A stretch of 64,000 nucleotides of DNA, filler included, from Rhabdomonas costata (GCA_019059605.1; 28 parts of 28 records of this genome joined end to end with filler, not necessarily neighbours in it), one strand, 5' to 3'. Counted from the whole stretch's first letter, positions 51,634 through 63,780 are shown. The notes: generated by a model not told the origin, from the letters alone. Program-made: numbers and translations.

Positions 51634-52690
51634 CTTTTGTACTCTGTACTTTGTAAACTTTTTTTTGAATTGAATGGCTGTAAAGTGGACTTCCGTGGTA
51701 GGAGCTCGTGGGTTAAGAATTGCCTCAAGGCCGGTGGCAACCCAGCTTGGTGATGGAGTGAGGAATGGTGTTTTGTTTAAGAGACAGCTGCTTTTCAGCG
51801 GTCCTGTCACTGCTTTTTACATTTTGCCGGTGATCGTGATCAGTAGGGAGAGGTTTTTTATCCTCTCTCTCTCCTTCACGGGTGGGGGCGGGAGGATCAT
51901 AGTTTTGACGGTTTTGTTTGTAACGAGTCTTTTCATGGGTTAGTTCCTGCGAGGTCCCTTGGTTTCTCACAGCCTCTTCAGCCTATTTCGGGAAGCAACA
52001 TCGCTCCAAGTAACATTAACCTTTGATGTTATACAAGATTATTATTTAGCTCGCTTTGTTCCTCCACCGTTGTTATTTGCATCGGTCCATCGCAAAACAT
52101 AGTTGAATCAAAGCACCGTTGGCAGAGTTGCCTGTCTATCTAGCCGCGTCCGCCCCCTTTCACTCCGTAGTTTCATCGAATCATCTCCATGAACAGGTCT
52201 ATCGAGGACGTTCGGACTCTCCTCAGAGACCAACCCCTCTCCATGATCAATGCCTTGGAGTTTTATGAACTGCTCTTGTCGAACGAGTCAAAGAAGCCAA
52301 CCAGCTTACCCAAGACAGAATGTGACCCCGATGGCCGGTCACCATCGTACAAGTCAATCTTCGGAGGATTCCAGCATCGTGCCACACCTTTCCAGCTTCC
52401 CCACCAGTTTTTTGACCGCCGTTCACAAGAAGAGGGTATGGGCGCGACTACCGCCAGGGCGGAGGCCGCTGTTGTTGTCGTGAGGTATTAACATCCGACA
52501 ATCCACCAAGGGAGTTGGTCCCACCATCCGGTCAGGGGACCCAAACTCAGCCGGTCGTGGCAACGGACCCGGTCCCCACCTAGACTTGGGNNNNNNNNNN
52601 NNNNNNNNNNNNNNNNNNNNNNNNNNNNNNNNNNTTAATTAATTAANNNNNNNNNNNNNNNNNNNNNNNNNNNNNNNNNNNNNNNNNNNN

Positions 52691-54670
52691 GTTGGGATTC
52701 ACGGGGGAGACAGCATGGTCATCAGGGAGGGCGTCCACCGCGCCGGGGTGGGCTTCGCAGAAGTGCGCCCAGAGGCCCTGGGCAACGTCTCCCCGGCAAG
52801 CGGAATAGGGACAGCGCTGGCAGTGGGCGGCCAGCTCATCGCCTTTGTTTAGGCTCTCGTAGTGCCCGGACAGATCACTGCGTGCAAAACCATTTGTTCT
52901 TGCCTCCAGCAGGCTGTAGTTGAAATTTTCCCGCTTAATGACACTTTTAGGGTGCGGACTCTTGAGAAACCTGAGGCATTTCCACGCAATAACCCACTTT
53001 CTCAGACGGTCAAACCCTGTTCGCTCGCCCGGTCTGCTTATATGGCTCGGTGGCCTTTCTTCGCGTTTCTTCCTTCACACGCCATCTCCTTCTGACCACG
53101 GGGAGCTCCCGACTAGACGCCGTTGCCCTTCCCCCTCTCTCCTTTTTTGTCATCTCCACGATCTGTATTCGACACCGACGTAGAAACGTCTTGTTGTCCG
53201 CACGCTTTCGTTCTCTCTCTCTCTCTCTCTGTCTGGGTGAAGAATGTGGAAATGAGTGGTGGCACAGGAGCTCGGGTCCCACTAAAGCCGGATCCTCGAT
53301 TATGATCTCTCAATTATTGGGGAGAGAGGATCCTCACTGCGCATCTCCCTGTAAGCTGAAGTATGTCATTGTAATAAAATGTTCTACACTTTGTGCGAAC
53401 CCAGATCATCATTCCTTCTGTTGTTGTGAATTTTTTTAGGGAGTTGTTCTGCTCAATAGCTGCACCACTTCTGCACCACTAGCTGCACCACTGCACCCTG
53501 TAATACATACAACCCCATCGCAGAGCATTCTGAACTGCTCTAGTATCACCGAAAGCATGGCATGTCGAATCTAGCAGGGTGTCAGAAGGAGGTGCACGTG
53601 CCCCAGAGACAGATTAATTTCTCACACCGGGGAATGAGGTGATGCCGGTGCAAACGCAGGCGCAACAAAAATGCTGCGCGTACATCTCTTGTTCTTCGTT
53701 AAACGCTGTATCTTGTACCTGAGGTGTTTCATCGGATCTTGTTCGGGGGGCCACTGAATGGACTTTATAAATGGGGACATACAAACATACTCGGTACTTC
53801 TCCCGCAGTCTGGACACAGCAGGTAGTCCTCTGCATCGATTAGGGTGAGCCGCTCCAGCACCCCCGCCATGGGCTGGCTAGGCATCTCGTCATAGCCAAG
53901 GTCCGCTTGAACCTGCTTCTCAGTGAGCCCAGCACCAAACTTCTCAATGTTCACCACCATCACCTTGGGCGCCTTGGCCTTTTGGAGCTCAGCGGAGACC
54001 TTCTCGAGGTTCTCGTTCAGCCCCTTCACCTTTCGGCGGGTTGGGGGAGGGAAACGTCCGCACAGTGCGCCATGGCCAAAACCAGACAATAACAGCGCTG
54101 CCCGTCCGCTCCGCTCGCTCTCTTCAGTGCATCCATTGTCCAACCTGTCCTTCAAGCTCCCGGATGTAGTCCAAGGGAGGCACCGTCTGCACCTCGGAGT
54201 CCGCATGAGTGGGGAGATGTAAAGAGCGCCCTCCAAGGAAGGAGCGGCGGCGGCCTCCAAGGCAGAGGTCAGATCTGGCGCCTGCAATAATACGAAGGGA
54301 AATAACACATCGGCCGCCCCACAGGTGAAGAGTACCCCAGTACAACAAAGGCCAGCATGGTAAAGGATAAGCCTCAATTCTTATACTGAGTGTCAGCCCA
54401 GACGGAGTTCGTGGCTTTCTTTTTTTTGAGTGGGAGGGTGCTCAACGGATAAACGTTGTGCTGACCTCTGTCCCTGGGTAAGCGGTCCGCTCAGACCCCA
54501 GTATTCCGCTGTACTACAAAGAAAGGAACAAATGCATGCGCCTGGGCAGGCTGGTCTTCAGAGTCACTGCTGGTGGTGTCACTTTCACTTCCGCCGTCCG
54601 ACGGAGAGGTCTTTCCCAGCGCCGCCTGCACGCGCTCCAGCAGACACTGCGCTCGCTGCACCTTCTCCAC
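52691..54670 (-). CDS. Coiled-coil plus Cys/His zinc-finger-like protein, exons 54542-54670, 54145-54281, 53719-54029, 52691-52913
   Basis: DYIRELEGQ|VKGLNENLEKVSAELQK (phase 0), CPDC, and MKHL-S|LLEARTNG...HCQRCPYSAC...LWAHFCEAHP (phase 2). One apparent 1-nt frameshift near 54211. Confidence 0.7.
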
Positions 54671-55145
54671 CTGAGCGCAGATAAGAAAGTTCAATGCCCA
54701 CTTCTCGTCAGCAAGGCGTGCCATCAGGATCGCCCGCACAGACTCTGAGCAATTATGCAGGCACTACTCTGAACAAACCCCATCAAAGCACCCTTGCAGA
54801 CTGCAGATTAGCCCTGACCGCCCCGCCGGAATGGACGCCGATGCCAAGGTGGAAAATAGAAGTATGAACAACCACCCACNNNNNNNNNNNNNNNNNNNNN
54901 NNNNNNNNNNNNNNNNNNNNNNNTTAATTAATTAANNNNNNNNNNNNNNNNNNNNNNNNNNNNNNNNNNNNNNNNNNNNGTGTTAGGTGTGTTTGGGGGG
55001 GTTGGTCCACGTTGAACTTTCATTTGAGTTTACTGGGTACTTTTTGGAATGTCTATGAATTCCGGTTTGACTTACGAGGGCGCAGTTCAATTGCCGACCC
55101 GTGTGCGCCGTGTGCAACAACTCCCATTCTCACGCAAACTCGTAC

Positions 55146-55272
55146 CCAGAATGTTTGCGCTGAGGGTGTAGTACGGGTTGTCCCAGCTGACTCCATTGTA
55201 GGCCTGCGCAGCAAAGTGGAATAGCACGTCGGGCTGCACGTCAGAGATGACGTGGAGCATCCGGTGAGGGTC
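55146..55272 (-). CDS. Single internal exon of a GDP-mannose 4,6-dehydratase / NDP-sugar epimerase (extended SDR)
   Basis: ttttttcacag|DPHRMLHVISDVQPDVLFHFAAQAYNGVSWDNPYYTLSANIL-G|gtacga fits the family segment D...vQPDeiyHLAAQShVxvSfxxPxxTxxxNxxG. Confidence 0.85.
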
Positions 55273-55964
55273 CTGTGAAAAAAGCCAGGGAGGACAACCC
55301 GGCGGAGAGGGAACCAGAAAGCAGCGCTGGGGGAGGGGGGCTGAGACCGACAGCCACGAGGGTGAGGGAGCTAAATCCCAGCTTACTAACCTTACTAAAG
55401 TACAGTACGTAAGTCTATCCGACAATTAGGCGTTAACCCACCTTTGACAACCGATCTACTGTACCCAGTCCATCCTGATTCGTTTTCTAAAGGGTTTTGA
55501 AAACGCCACGACAATGTCAAATGTCAAAATGGGAGCCAGCGCTCCCTCCACTCGATGATGAATCCCCCGCGATGGCTGTACAGACGGAAAACAAAAGTGC
55601 CAGACACCACCCCACCTGCAATTGGTAGAGACAAGTGAGGGGCTTGGGGAGAGCAAGGCTCTATGCAGCTCTTTAAGAAGCACGCCGGGGACACTGCACG
55701 TCATTACTGGTCATATGTAAAGTTTGAAAGCTGATGAATTCAGTACTGGTGGATGGCCTTTTTCTCTCCTTGAACCAAATGCCCATCTTGAATCAATCAA
55801 AATGTTTATGTCGGAAGGTCCCAGGGATGCAGAAGGAAACACCATGTCCAGATTTCGTACACGTGTCATTGAGTAGCACAACCGACCCCGGCTGGTTATA
55901 TGGTCGAAGAGCTGCACCCGTCCCCGCGTCTCGCACCGTGCTTGGATGGGTCTGGGTGTGGCAG

Positions 55965-57013
55965 GAGATGGACCATCTGCGGCGGTGGGTGCTGAGTGGG
56001 CGGCCGCCCTCGCACCAGACCACGCTGCTGATGGAGTTGCAGCAGCGCCTGCTGGAGGGCAATGGGGAGTGCACCGTGAAGGTGCGCGTGGTAGGGTATT
56101 CTGCGGTTTACTGCTAGAGAGAGAGGGAGGAGGGAGGGAGGGAAGCAGCGTTCCGGAGGACTGCTATATTAGCAACAGACCCTGAGGCTGCTTCCTCTTA
56201 CCGACAAAAAGAAGAATGAAACGGGGATATCTGGAGCTTCGGCTTGGGGCTCTCCAATTTCGCTCTCTCCGCCCGAATGAATTGAATTTCGTGTGACCGT
56301 TGGCCGTATCCTTTTTGGTTGTGTGGGTAACCCACATCACATTAGCCGATGAGGTCCGTCCGTCAAGGCAACCCCGTTGATTAGGGGTTGTCAATCTTGG
56401 GGGGCAAGGTTGTCCAAAAGGGGTGGGTGGAGTGGCTGGACCGCATGATGATTAGGCTTTTCCATCCGCCCAAGCGCCCCTGGTTTACTGCGCGACAGGA
56501 TTAATAATAAAAAGCTTTGTCAGAAAGAGTCATGTGAGCTGTGGCTCGTCCTCCGTCTCGTGCAGATCCGACGACGCGAACAATAGAAAGATGAGAGCAT
56601 TAGGTCGATGTCAAGCATAGCAGAATTAGCGTCAGGGGCTAGACTCTGAAGTCTTTGTAGCTTTGGTTTTTGGTCTGGAACCAAATCCCTGCGAGGCCAT
56701 GCACGCCGTCAGTTGCGAGACGATAAAACACGCTGGACCTCATGTCCATCCATCCACACAAATATGTATGATTAGAAGCAGTGAATTTTTTAGCCCTCGA
56801 GAAACCCGACCTCAAGCCCTTCTCTAACCGTAACCCCCAACCCAAACCCTCCTTTCGACACCCTCCGACCCTCCTTTCGCGGCTCTTTAGGTTGGACTGG
56901 ACCTGCAAGGCCGCCCCAAGGGCCTGGCCGAGCCCTACTTCACGGAGTCCCTGCAGACCATCGCCAAGGTAGCCGAGCAGAGCAAGGCCGCCAGCAGCCT
57001 GATCGTCGAGAAG
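55965..57013 (+). CDS. GTPBP1/GTPBP2-family translational GTPase, N-terminal exons 55965-56081 and 56891-57013
   Basis: The phase-0 splice gives LLMELQQRLLEGNGECTVK|VGLDLQGRPKGLAEPYFTESLQTIAKVAEQSKAASSLIVEK. This resembles the GTPBP1/2 pre-G-domain motif RxxEGxGExxxxIGxxxxGxxxGLxExxxxxSxxT. Confidence 0.72.
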
Positions 57014-57949
57014 GTGACCAAGGATTCCCCAGTCTCCAAGTTTGTAGCCCCCCAACCCACCTCACCTTATGCCCCTCACGTGAGCTGTGGTCTAAAGGCA
57101 AGGAACCAGAAACGGCCATATTTCCATCCTTCACCGATCCGACGAACGTATCGGATCACACACACACNNNNNNNNNNNNNNNNNNNNNNNNNNNNNNNNN
57201 NNNNNNNNNNNTTAATTAATTAANNNNNNNNNNNNNNNNNNNNNNNNNNNNNNNNNNNNNNNNNNNNTGTGTTGGTGTCCTTCTTCTTGTTTGCATTTTG
57301 CTTCTTGGCGGCCGCAGGTAATGAAGAGCGGCTTCATTCCATTGGCGAAGCTACGGGGTATTTTATCACTATCCCTTGTTGATGATTGGATCGAGCAGCG
57401 GTCCGAATCCATCGGTCTTGGTTTTGAAAATTTACTGGCGGAGCAGCCATCATTGTAGACGGTTACCAAGCCGGTTCGTGACATCCTCCTACACTAGGAG
57501 TTTACTCCGGAAAACGTGGTTCGAACCGAAATGGTAATTAGCAGTTTTCCGAATACAAACTCCTAGACAAACTCTTTTAACAGCCTATATTTGCTGCTGG
57601 TGTGGGTGTTGGGATGACGTTTGGATAGTTCCTGCTCAATTAATGATGGTTTCGGCTTGCAAACAGATTAACATGAGGAACATGACCAACGTTCTGGCAG
57701 ATTGCCAGTACCAGTGTGTGACAGAGCATCACATCATCCTCACCTCCAAAGCTGTGATGCAGTTCCCATGCAACCTTCATGAGCTGGAAATAGCCACGCT
57801 CAGTCAGATAGCCCTGCAGCACAGGAAGTGGACTAACCGCTTTGCACAGTCGCTGGATATTACCAATCCAACTCATTGCTCAACCACGTAAAGTAAAGCA
57901 CCCTCTTCCGGTTGGTGGAGTGGAAGCTAAAGCACAATTACCTCCCAAT

Positions 57950-59310
57950 CGAAACACACTACATTGTGTAGAAGGTTCGATCGCTTCCTGACCCTCTCAG
58001 TATGGACACAATGAAATGCATACACCACAAAAAAGTCATCTTCGTGAATGGGTTTGATGTCCAATTGCGGATTGCTTTCAACAAAACTATTGTCCACATA
58101 CCGTTATGAATTTTCATCGCGAGGTTGGAAGTCCTAATCCACGTCTTTGCTGTTGGTGAGCCGGGGCATTGTAACCTCCCAGTGTAAACTTCAGTGCTTG
58201 TTCAAGTTCACGTTGTTATTCCATGTTGTCATGGATGTCAATCTCTAAAGTGTTCTTTGTAATCTGCCTCTTGATATTGTAATGACCAATGTCATTCGGT
58301 TCCATGTGTCCAGCGTGGCCCATCTGGTTACAATGGTGTTTCCTCTGGTTGATCAATACGTCCTGCCCAACCACAAATTGAAAATTGGCCCGTTAGGATG
58401 CCGAATTACTTTCCCGCTCATGGTAAAGGGCACGGTACACAAAGGCCCAGTAGGTGTTTAGCTGCGCAATCCATTCATTATCGTCACCGCTCTCTCAGGT
58501 TAGTCTCTCCTCGTCGTTGTTGTGGGCGTCAAAGAATAATCTAGAGGTTCAAGAAGTATGTGCTGAGCTCAGTGCCTCAGAGGTTGGCGTTGTTGATGGC
58601 TATCTAAGCAACTTCCAGCAGGCAAAGCTAGCTGGTCAACCTCCAAATCCTAAATTCCTGCATTTGTATGCCTTGTTCTCTCTACGCCGTGCCATTCGCT
58701 GCTTAATTTCCATCACGTCGCACAGAGCCTTCCAGAAAGCGCTAGTTCACTTGGTGTTCTGTCAAAAATGATGATGGATGGCAATTCTCTGTGGCGCACA
58801 CCTCGTGCAAAACAGCTCTGCCACTTGGGGTGCCTTTACTTTGTCCTAGAATTTAACTAAGATTACCTGCTTTGAGACACGGTCTGTTACGGTCAGCACA
58901 TGATTAAAACTCTGCGCCTGTGCCATTTTGACTGCCACTGCCTTATGGGCATCTACAATTTTTACATGTTGCCTCGAGGAAGATGACCTTGTTCCTTGGC
59001 CTGTCGACATGCCACGCAAGTTCTTCAATAGCGGCTCACGAGCCTCCTAAGATTTACAATTTGGTACCGTCTTCTCACCTTGCAGACTTCACGATTGACT
59101 CACAAATGGCCTGCTACAGGCAGGTCATGGTACTGTGCAATTATCTCCTTGGCACTAAATTTCGGCACAACAATCCGGTCGTGTTCCCAAATGCCGCAAT
59201 GATGAAAACAAGTCTGGTTCTTCAAAGTCTTTTGCAAGCTCAAAGCTTCCGCTTTCAACCTGTGAAAACTAGACAACAGAAAATCTTTTAACCCATGAAA
59301 CTTCACTGAT
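57950..59310 (-). mobile_element. Highly decayed Ty3/Gypsy integrase region
   Basis: Fragments DRIVVPK..AKEIIAQYHDLPVAGHL, FNHVLTVTDRVSKQVILV and IGHYNIKRQITKNTLEIDI (GPY/F-like) are broken by many stops and frameshifts. Confidence 0.85.
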
Positions 59311-59608
59311 TCTCACAGCACTCTTCACCATTGCCGCCATGCTCTCTTCTAGGCTGGCATCCCCTAACTGGGTCGACTTTCCGTATCTTCACCACCTCGG
59401 TCTCCGGCATTGCTATTCTAACTTCTCCTCTTTCGACTCTGCTGCGCGACTCTTCGNNNNNNNNNNNNNNNNNNNNNNNNNNNNNNNNNNNNNNNNNNNN
59501 TTAATTAATTAANNNNNNNNNNNNNNNNNNNNNNNNNNNNNNNNNNNNNNNNNNNNGTGGGGTGGTGTTTTTAACGCGAAGGGAGCAGGGGTGGGTTCAC
59601 AAAACGAC

Positions 59609-61591
59609 CTCGATGTAGCTCTTAATGCAGTAGCAGATGTCAGCGTTGATGTGCACCTGCGCCGTGCTGGCGGGAAAGTACGAGCTGCACTCCTCTCCGG
59701 AGATCGTTCGCCACGAGAACAGGCACCCTTTGGTTTTTATCCCCGTTGCACTCCCTTTCGGCGTGTCTCTTTTGCGCCCTGCTGATGTTCCGGTACTACA
59801 CCCTGGACGCGGGCGTACTCGGGGTGGGTGTACAGGAAGAACGGGATGATGTAGATCTCCGTGTCCCTGCCGCGATGATTTGATGCCGATGCGGTCTCAC
59901 AAGAACGCCGCAGGACGCTGCTGGAGGGAACCATAGCTAAAGCTACTGCCCATTACCACCAGATTTGCAGCGAATGTAGCAAACTTCCTAGTTGTCTCCC
60001 CATCATTGATTACAAAGGCTCATATTGTAATGTCTGGTTGGCCAAAGCACTTGCAAAGATTGCAAGTCAAAGTGAGTGTCTCTGCAACGAGGAAGCCTTT
60101 GGCGCCCACAGCACGCTACAATAGATCTGCTAGTGTAATTTTCACCAGTACCACCCCATCTTTCAAGTGAGGACACAGCACCTTAACGCCGGAGAGAACC
60201 CAGAAGAGAGGAAAAGGGAAGCGCCGTTGACGACGGCATTGTGGCCGTGCGCACACCAGAAGTAGTGCCCGTTGTAGCCCTGCCCAGTGAGGCCCTTGGC
60301 GCCGCTGTTGGTGCGCCCCTCGCGGCCCACGGACTGCAGCAGGTGGAACAGGTTGAAGCGGATCCCCTGCTGCAGGTAGCTATCCCCCCGGATCTCAATG
60401 TCCGCGGCCTTCCAGAAGCTGTGCAACCGCACAAGCACTCACATAACTACCCAACTGGGGCGGAAAGGTCCCAACACTTTGGGGCGGACGCCTTGACGGC
60501 GACGCTTCTTCTCCGAGCAGCAACAAAGGTCTGCACGGTCGCTCCAGCGGCATGGACACAAAGGGCACAAAGACACAAAGGCAGCGGACATCCCAGTCCG
60601 AAAAGAGTTGAGTTCACTTCAAACACGTCCAGCGTGGGGCTTTGAGTCATGCAACACTATTTTTCGGCTGTGACGCAGCCGGGGAGGGCAGTGCTGGGCA
60701 TACTCCTCGAAGAACACGCGGTTCTCGGCGCGGATCGCTTCGTAGCCCAGCTGCTTGGCCTCCGCCACGACGGCCTGGGCGGTGCGGTGGAGCTCGTCCT
60801 TATCCATATCACGTGAGGTGATATAGCTGACGAACTTGGTCAGCGTGACGCTTTGGCTGTGAGAAGGAAGAGAGAAAATTGGAGAATGCTGTACTTAAAA
60901 AGGAAGAAGTTAAATATGGGACGCACTGAATCAGCTTCGAATCCTGAGCCGAAGCGTAGAGGAGTTGAATTAACTGAAGGAAAGAAGCTGGCACCGTTAC
61001 TGATCACTATGCTCAGTTAGCGCTACTTGTTTCGAAGCAATTTCAATTGACAATAACGCAAGTTTCGAAGAAAAAAAGAACAATCACCACTTCGTTTTCA
61101 ATTCGACTCCCCGTCTCCATCCTGCGTTTCCTATCATATTAGTTGGCATGCCATTTAACGATATACCCTGAGATGTACCCTGAGATGCCTTTCACTTCGC
61201 CATGTTAAAAAAATGGGAAACTCACCCGTCACCACTCACCGACATTAGAAATTCAACGCCGAGCAAAAAAAAGGCAGGGGGTTTGGAGACTGTGAGTTGG
61301 TGGGTGTGAATCGGGTTGATAGGCGTACCCTTGCTTTAGGGGCACCGCGAAGCGCACCCCAACCTTCTCATCCTGGATGAGGTCCCAGGCCTCCTCCTCG
61401 AACGCCACGGGCTTCCCACTGCTGCAGTGCACCTCGTTGTCCATCGCGCACACCATGAAAAAGTTCGAGAAGAACGTCCGCTGCTCTAGCGCGGCGTAGG
61501 TCCCACCCTGCTTCTTGTAGATCGTCTGCAGGGAGGGCGCAAGGTCGCTCAGCCGGGGGTCCACCGGCCCCCCATGCGGGGTGAAGTGCTC
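59609..61591 (-). CDS. GH65 inverting disaccharide phosphorylase (trehalose/maltose/kojibiose type), exons 61329-61591, 60704-60856, 60257-60418, 59609-59866; last exon locally rearranged
   Basis: Phase-consistent GT-AG introns. Motifs FWKAADIEIRGD, QQGIRFNLFHLLQ, GAKGLTGQGYNGHYFW|DTEIYIIPFF and GCLFSWRTISGEECSSYFPASTAQVHINADI are GH65 catalytic-domain signatures. Confidence 0.95.
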
Positions 61592-61841
61592 CTGCAGAAG
61601 ACCGGTAGTGCATGAAACTGTGTCCGGTGTCACGCACCAATGGTTTTGCAATCAGCAGCACCGCTTTTTCGGCAAGGATCCTCGCAATCATTTCAGCGCG
61701 GGTAAACTTCGCGGTGCATGGGTGTACGGGGAGAAAACACCNNNNNNNNNNNNNNNNNNNNNNNNNNNNNNNNNNNNNNNNNNNNTTAATTAATTAANNN
61801 NNNNNNNNNNNNNNNNNNNNNNNNNNNNNNNNNNNNNNNNN

Positions 61842-63780
61842 GTTTTTGGTGGTGATTGGTGGGGGCGTGGGGTCCGAGGAGAGGGGCCCCAGCGGTTGGG
61901 ACACAAATGGGGACGGCTCGGAGGTGGAGGATGACAGGATTGGAGAAGGGCTCTGCCGAGGCCACGATGAGGCCGGCCGCATCACAAGCACACGCTCCGG
62001 GGTCGGGACGACGTCGGAGAGGATCCCTTTGAAAAGGAAGAAAGTTTCAGTGGCGCCGAAGAGATATGCTTAAGGTGCAGGTGAGAGGCAGCAATGATGC
62101 TGCATGAGCTTCAAGCAAAATATTGTCAAACACAAAACTTCGAAGAAAAGGAGAAATGCAGGCGTTCACAAAATGATGTGGGCTTCCTTGAAAATAAACA
62201 ATTTTCTTTTGAGAATGGAGCGGCATTAAGCTCCAATTGAAAGAATGGTAAAAAAAAACTCCACCACAAGGGCTGAGAATCAGGAGGGGCATCTCTCAGC
62301 TGGCCTTGAAAATACGACGCTGGGGGGCAGCCCAATCCAATGGTGCGGACGATCTCTCTAAGAATCCAAACACAAAAAGAAGAGACGTGTCGTTTCCAGG
62401 GCTTTTACAAACAGTGGAATTGACACTGCAATGTTTCCTCCTGAAAAGGAGGGAAATCCAACAAGCAACCTGAATAGCAACGATGGCAAAGCTGACATGA
62501 AACGTGAAAACACCCACCCACTCACACACCTTCCTTGTCGACACAGCACAGCACCGTCATCGATCCCAGGCTCCACAGAACATTGCAGGTGTAGTAGAGG
62601 TGGGTGAAATGTCTGGGTTGCCAGCTGTTGTGGCCCTGCAATTCCAAAACCAACACACACACACACGATACTCAAGAAAAAGGTCGATGGGGAGTCATCA
62701 TGCAGCAGCGCCTCTTCAAAGGTCACTTCGCCACTTTCACAGTAAACACCGGCAGGAATGCAGCAAGGAAGGGCTCACCTCGCAAGCCTAAGTCACCGAA
62801 AAGATAAACAGTACCCTGGTGGGCGTCAATCAAATTCGTGCAGCACTTGCACCTCCAGCACCCCATCGCTGGGGCACCGGTAAAACCGACAGACAAATGA
62901 AAACAAGACATGAAGGTACACAAGGTCATAAGGTCAGTGGTTATGAAAAGATATTTACAGAACGTATCTGTCAACACGAAAGTAGCACGCTCTCTCGAGA
63001 ACCAACACCGCCACATCTGGTCGCCTGGTCACGACTTGGGTAAGCAACAACTCCCAACTCCATCGTCAACCACACAAGCGCACACCCGGTTCATCTTCAG
63101 AGCATAGCTCCAGGCTTTCATGGGGTGCACGGATAGGGAGGGGATCAGGTCCAGGTTGATTGGCACGGCCAGCTTGTACTTCGGGAACACAAGGTTGCCA
63201 CCCCCCGCAGCTGCGGGCAGGGCCGCGGCATCATCAGAACTGACAAAACGACATAAATCAAAAGACAAATTGGGGAAGGTACAGAAAGCGTTTGTGCTGT
63301 CTGATTTTACTTGCAGCGGTGGAAAGTAACCAATTTCTACATTGAGGGACGGTGCATCCGCACTTGTTGACGCATTTACCGCGTCGACAGATCTGGAACT
63401 TTGCCGTCGAGATGGCTGTGGATTGTCTGACTCTTCCGGCAGACTTGTTGCATCTCAGAAAGAACAACCAAACGCACATTTTGACTGCCACACATAAAGC
63501 AAAGTGCTCATTACGTTGAGATGAAAAAGCACTATGCCAAGGGGACCAAGGTTTTCCATGCTTTTGGTTTGATCCCGACCTTTCAATAAAAACTCTTCAA
63601 GCAGCTCGTGAGCGATATTCTTGATCGTACCCCAGTGCCCGGTGTCATTATAAGTTGTTTTGTAAGAGTGCGGGAGTCGGTCAACTCCTAGCGACGCCTC
63701 AGCAACAATCAATCTCTCGATCTTCCACTGGCGGACTATTCCGGTTTCTATCACGGAGCCCATGTCACCACTGCTGAACC
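61842..63780 (-). CDS. Partial multi-exon hypothetical protein
   Basis: Exon-like blocks at ~63549-63780, 63330-63453, 63087-63239 (GGGNLVFPKYKLAVPINLDL...ALKMNR|gtgtgc), 62270-62357 and 61842-62026 with AG/GT flanks. The chain is not fully resolved. Confidence 0.5.

Larger units (their letters stand above)
2193..61841. other. 27 artificial contig linkers (~44 N + TTAATTAATTAA + ~44 N) separating 28 contigs of ~2.19 kb
   Basis: The same palindromic linker recurs about every 2.29 kb (first 2193-2292, last 61742-61841). TTAATTAATTAA places stops in all six frames. Genes and repeats do not continue across linkers. Confidence 0.99.

Noticed and set aside
54030-54144. Non-canonical (euglenid-type) intron
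   Set aside because: It resolves as an ordinary GT-AG intron once the alternative reading frame is used. No convincing non-conventional intron was found in the window.
63087-63239. GGGNLVFPKYKLAV as a TET/JBP-type 2OG-Fe(II) oxygenase strand
   Set aside because: No upstream HxD or downstream HxxxP/R motif could be placed in frame.
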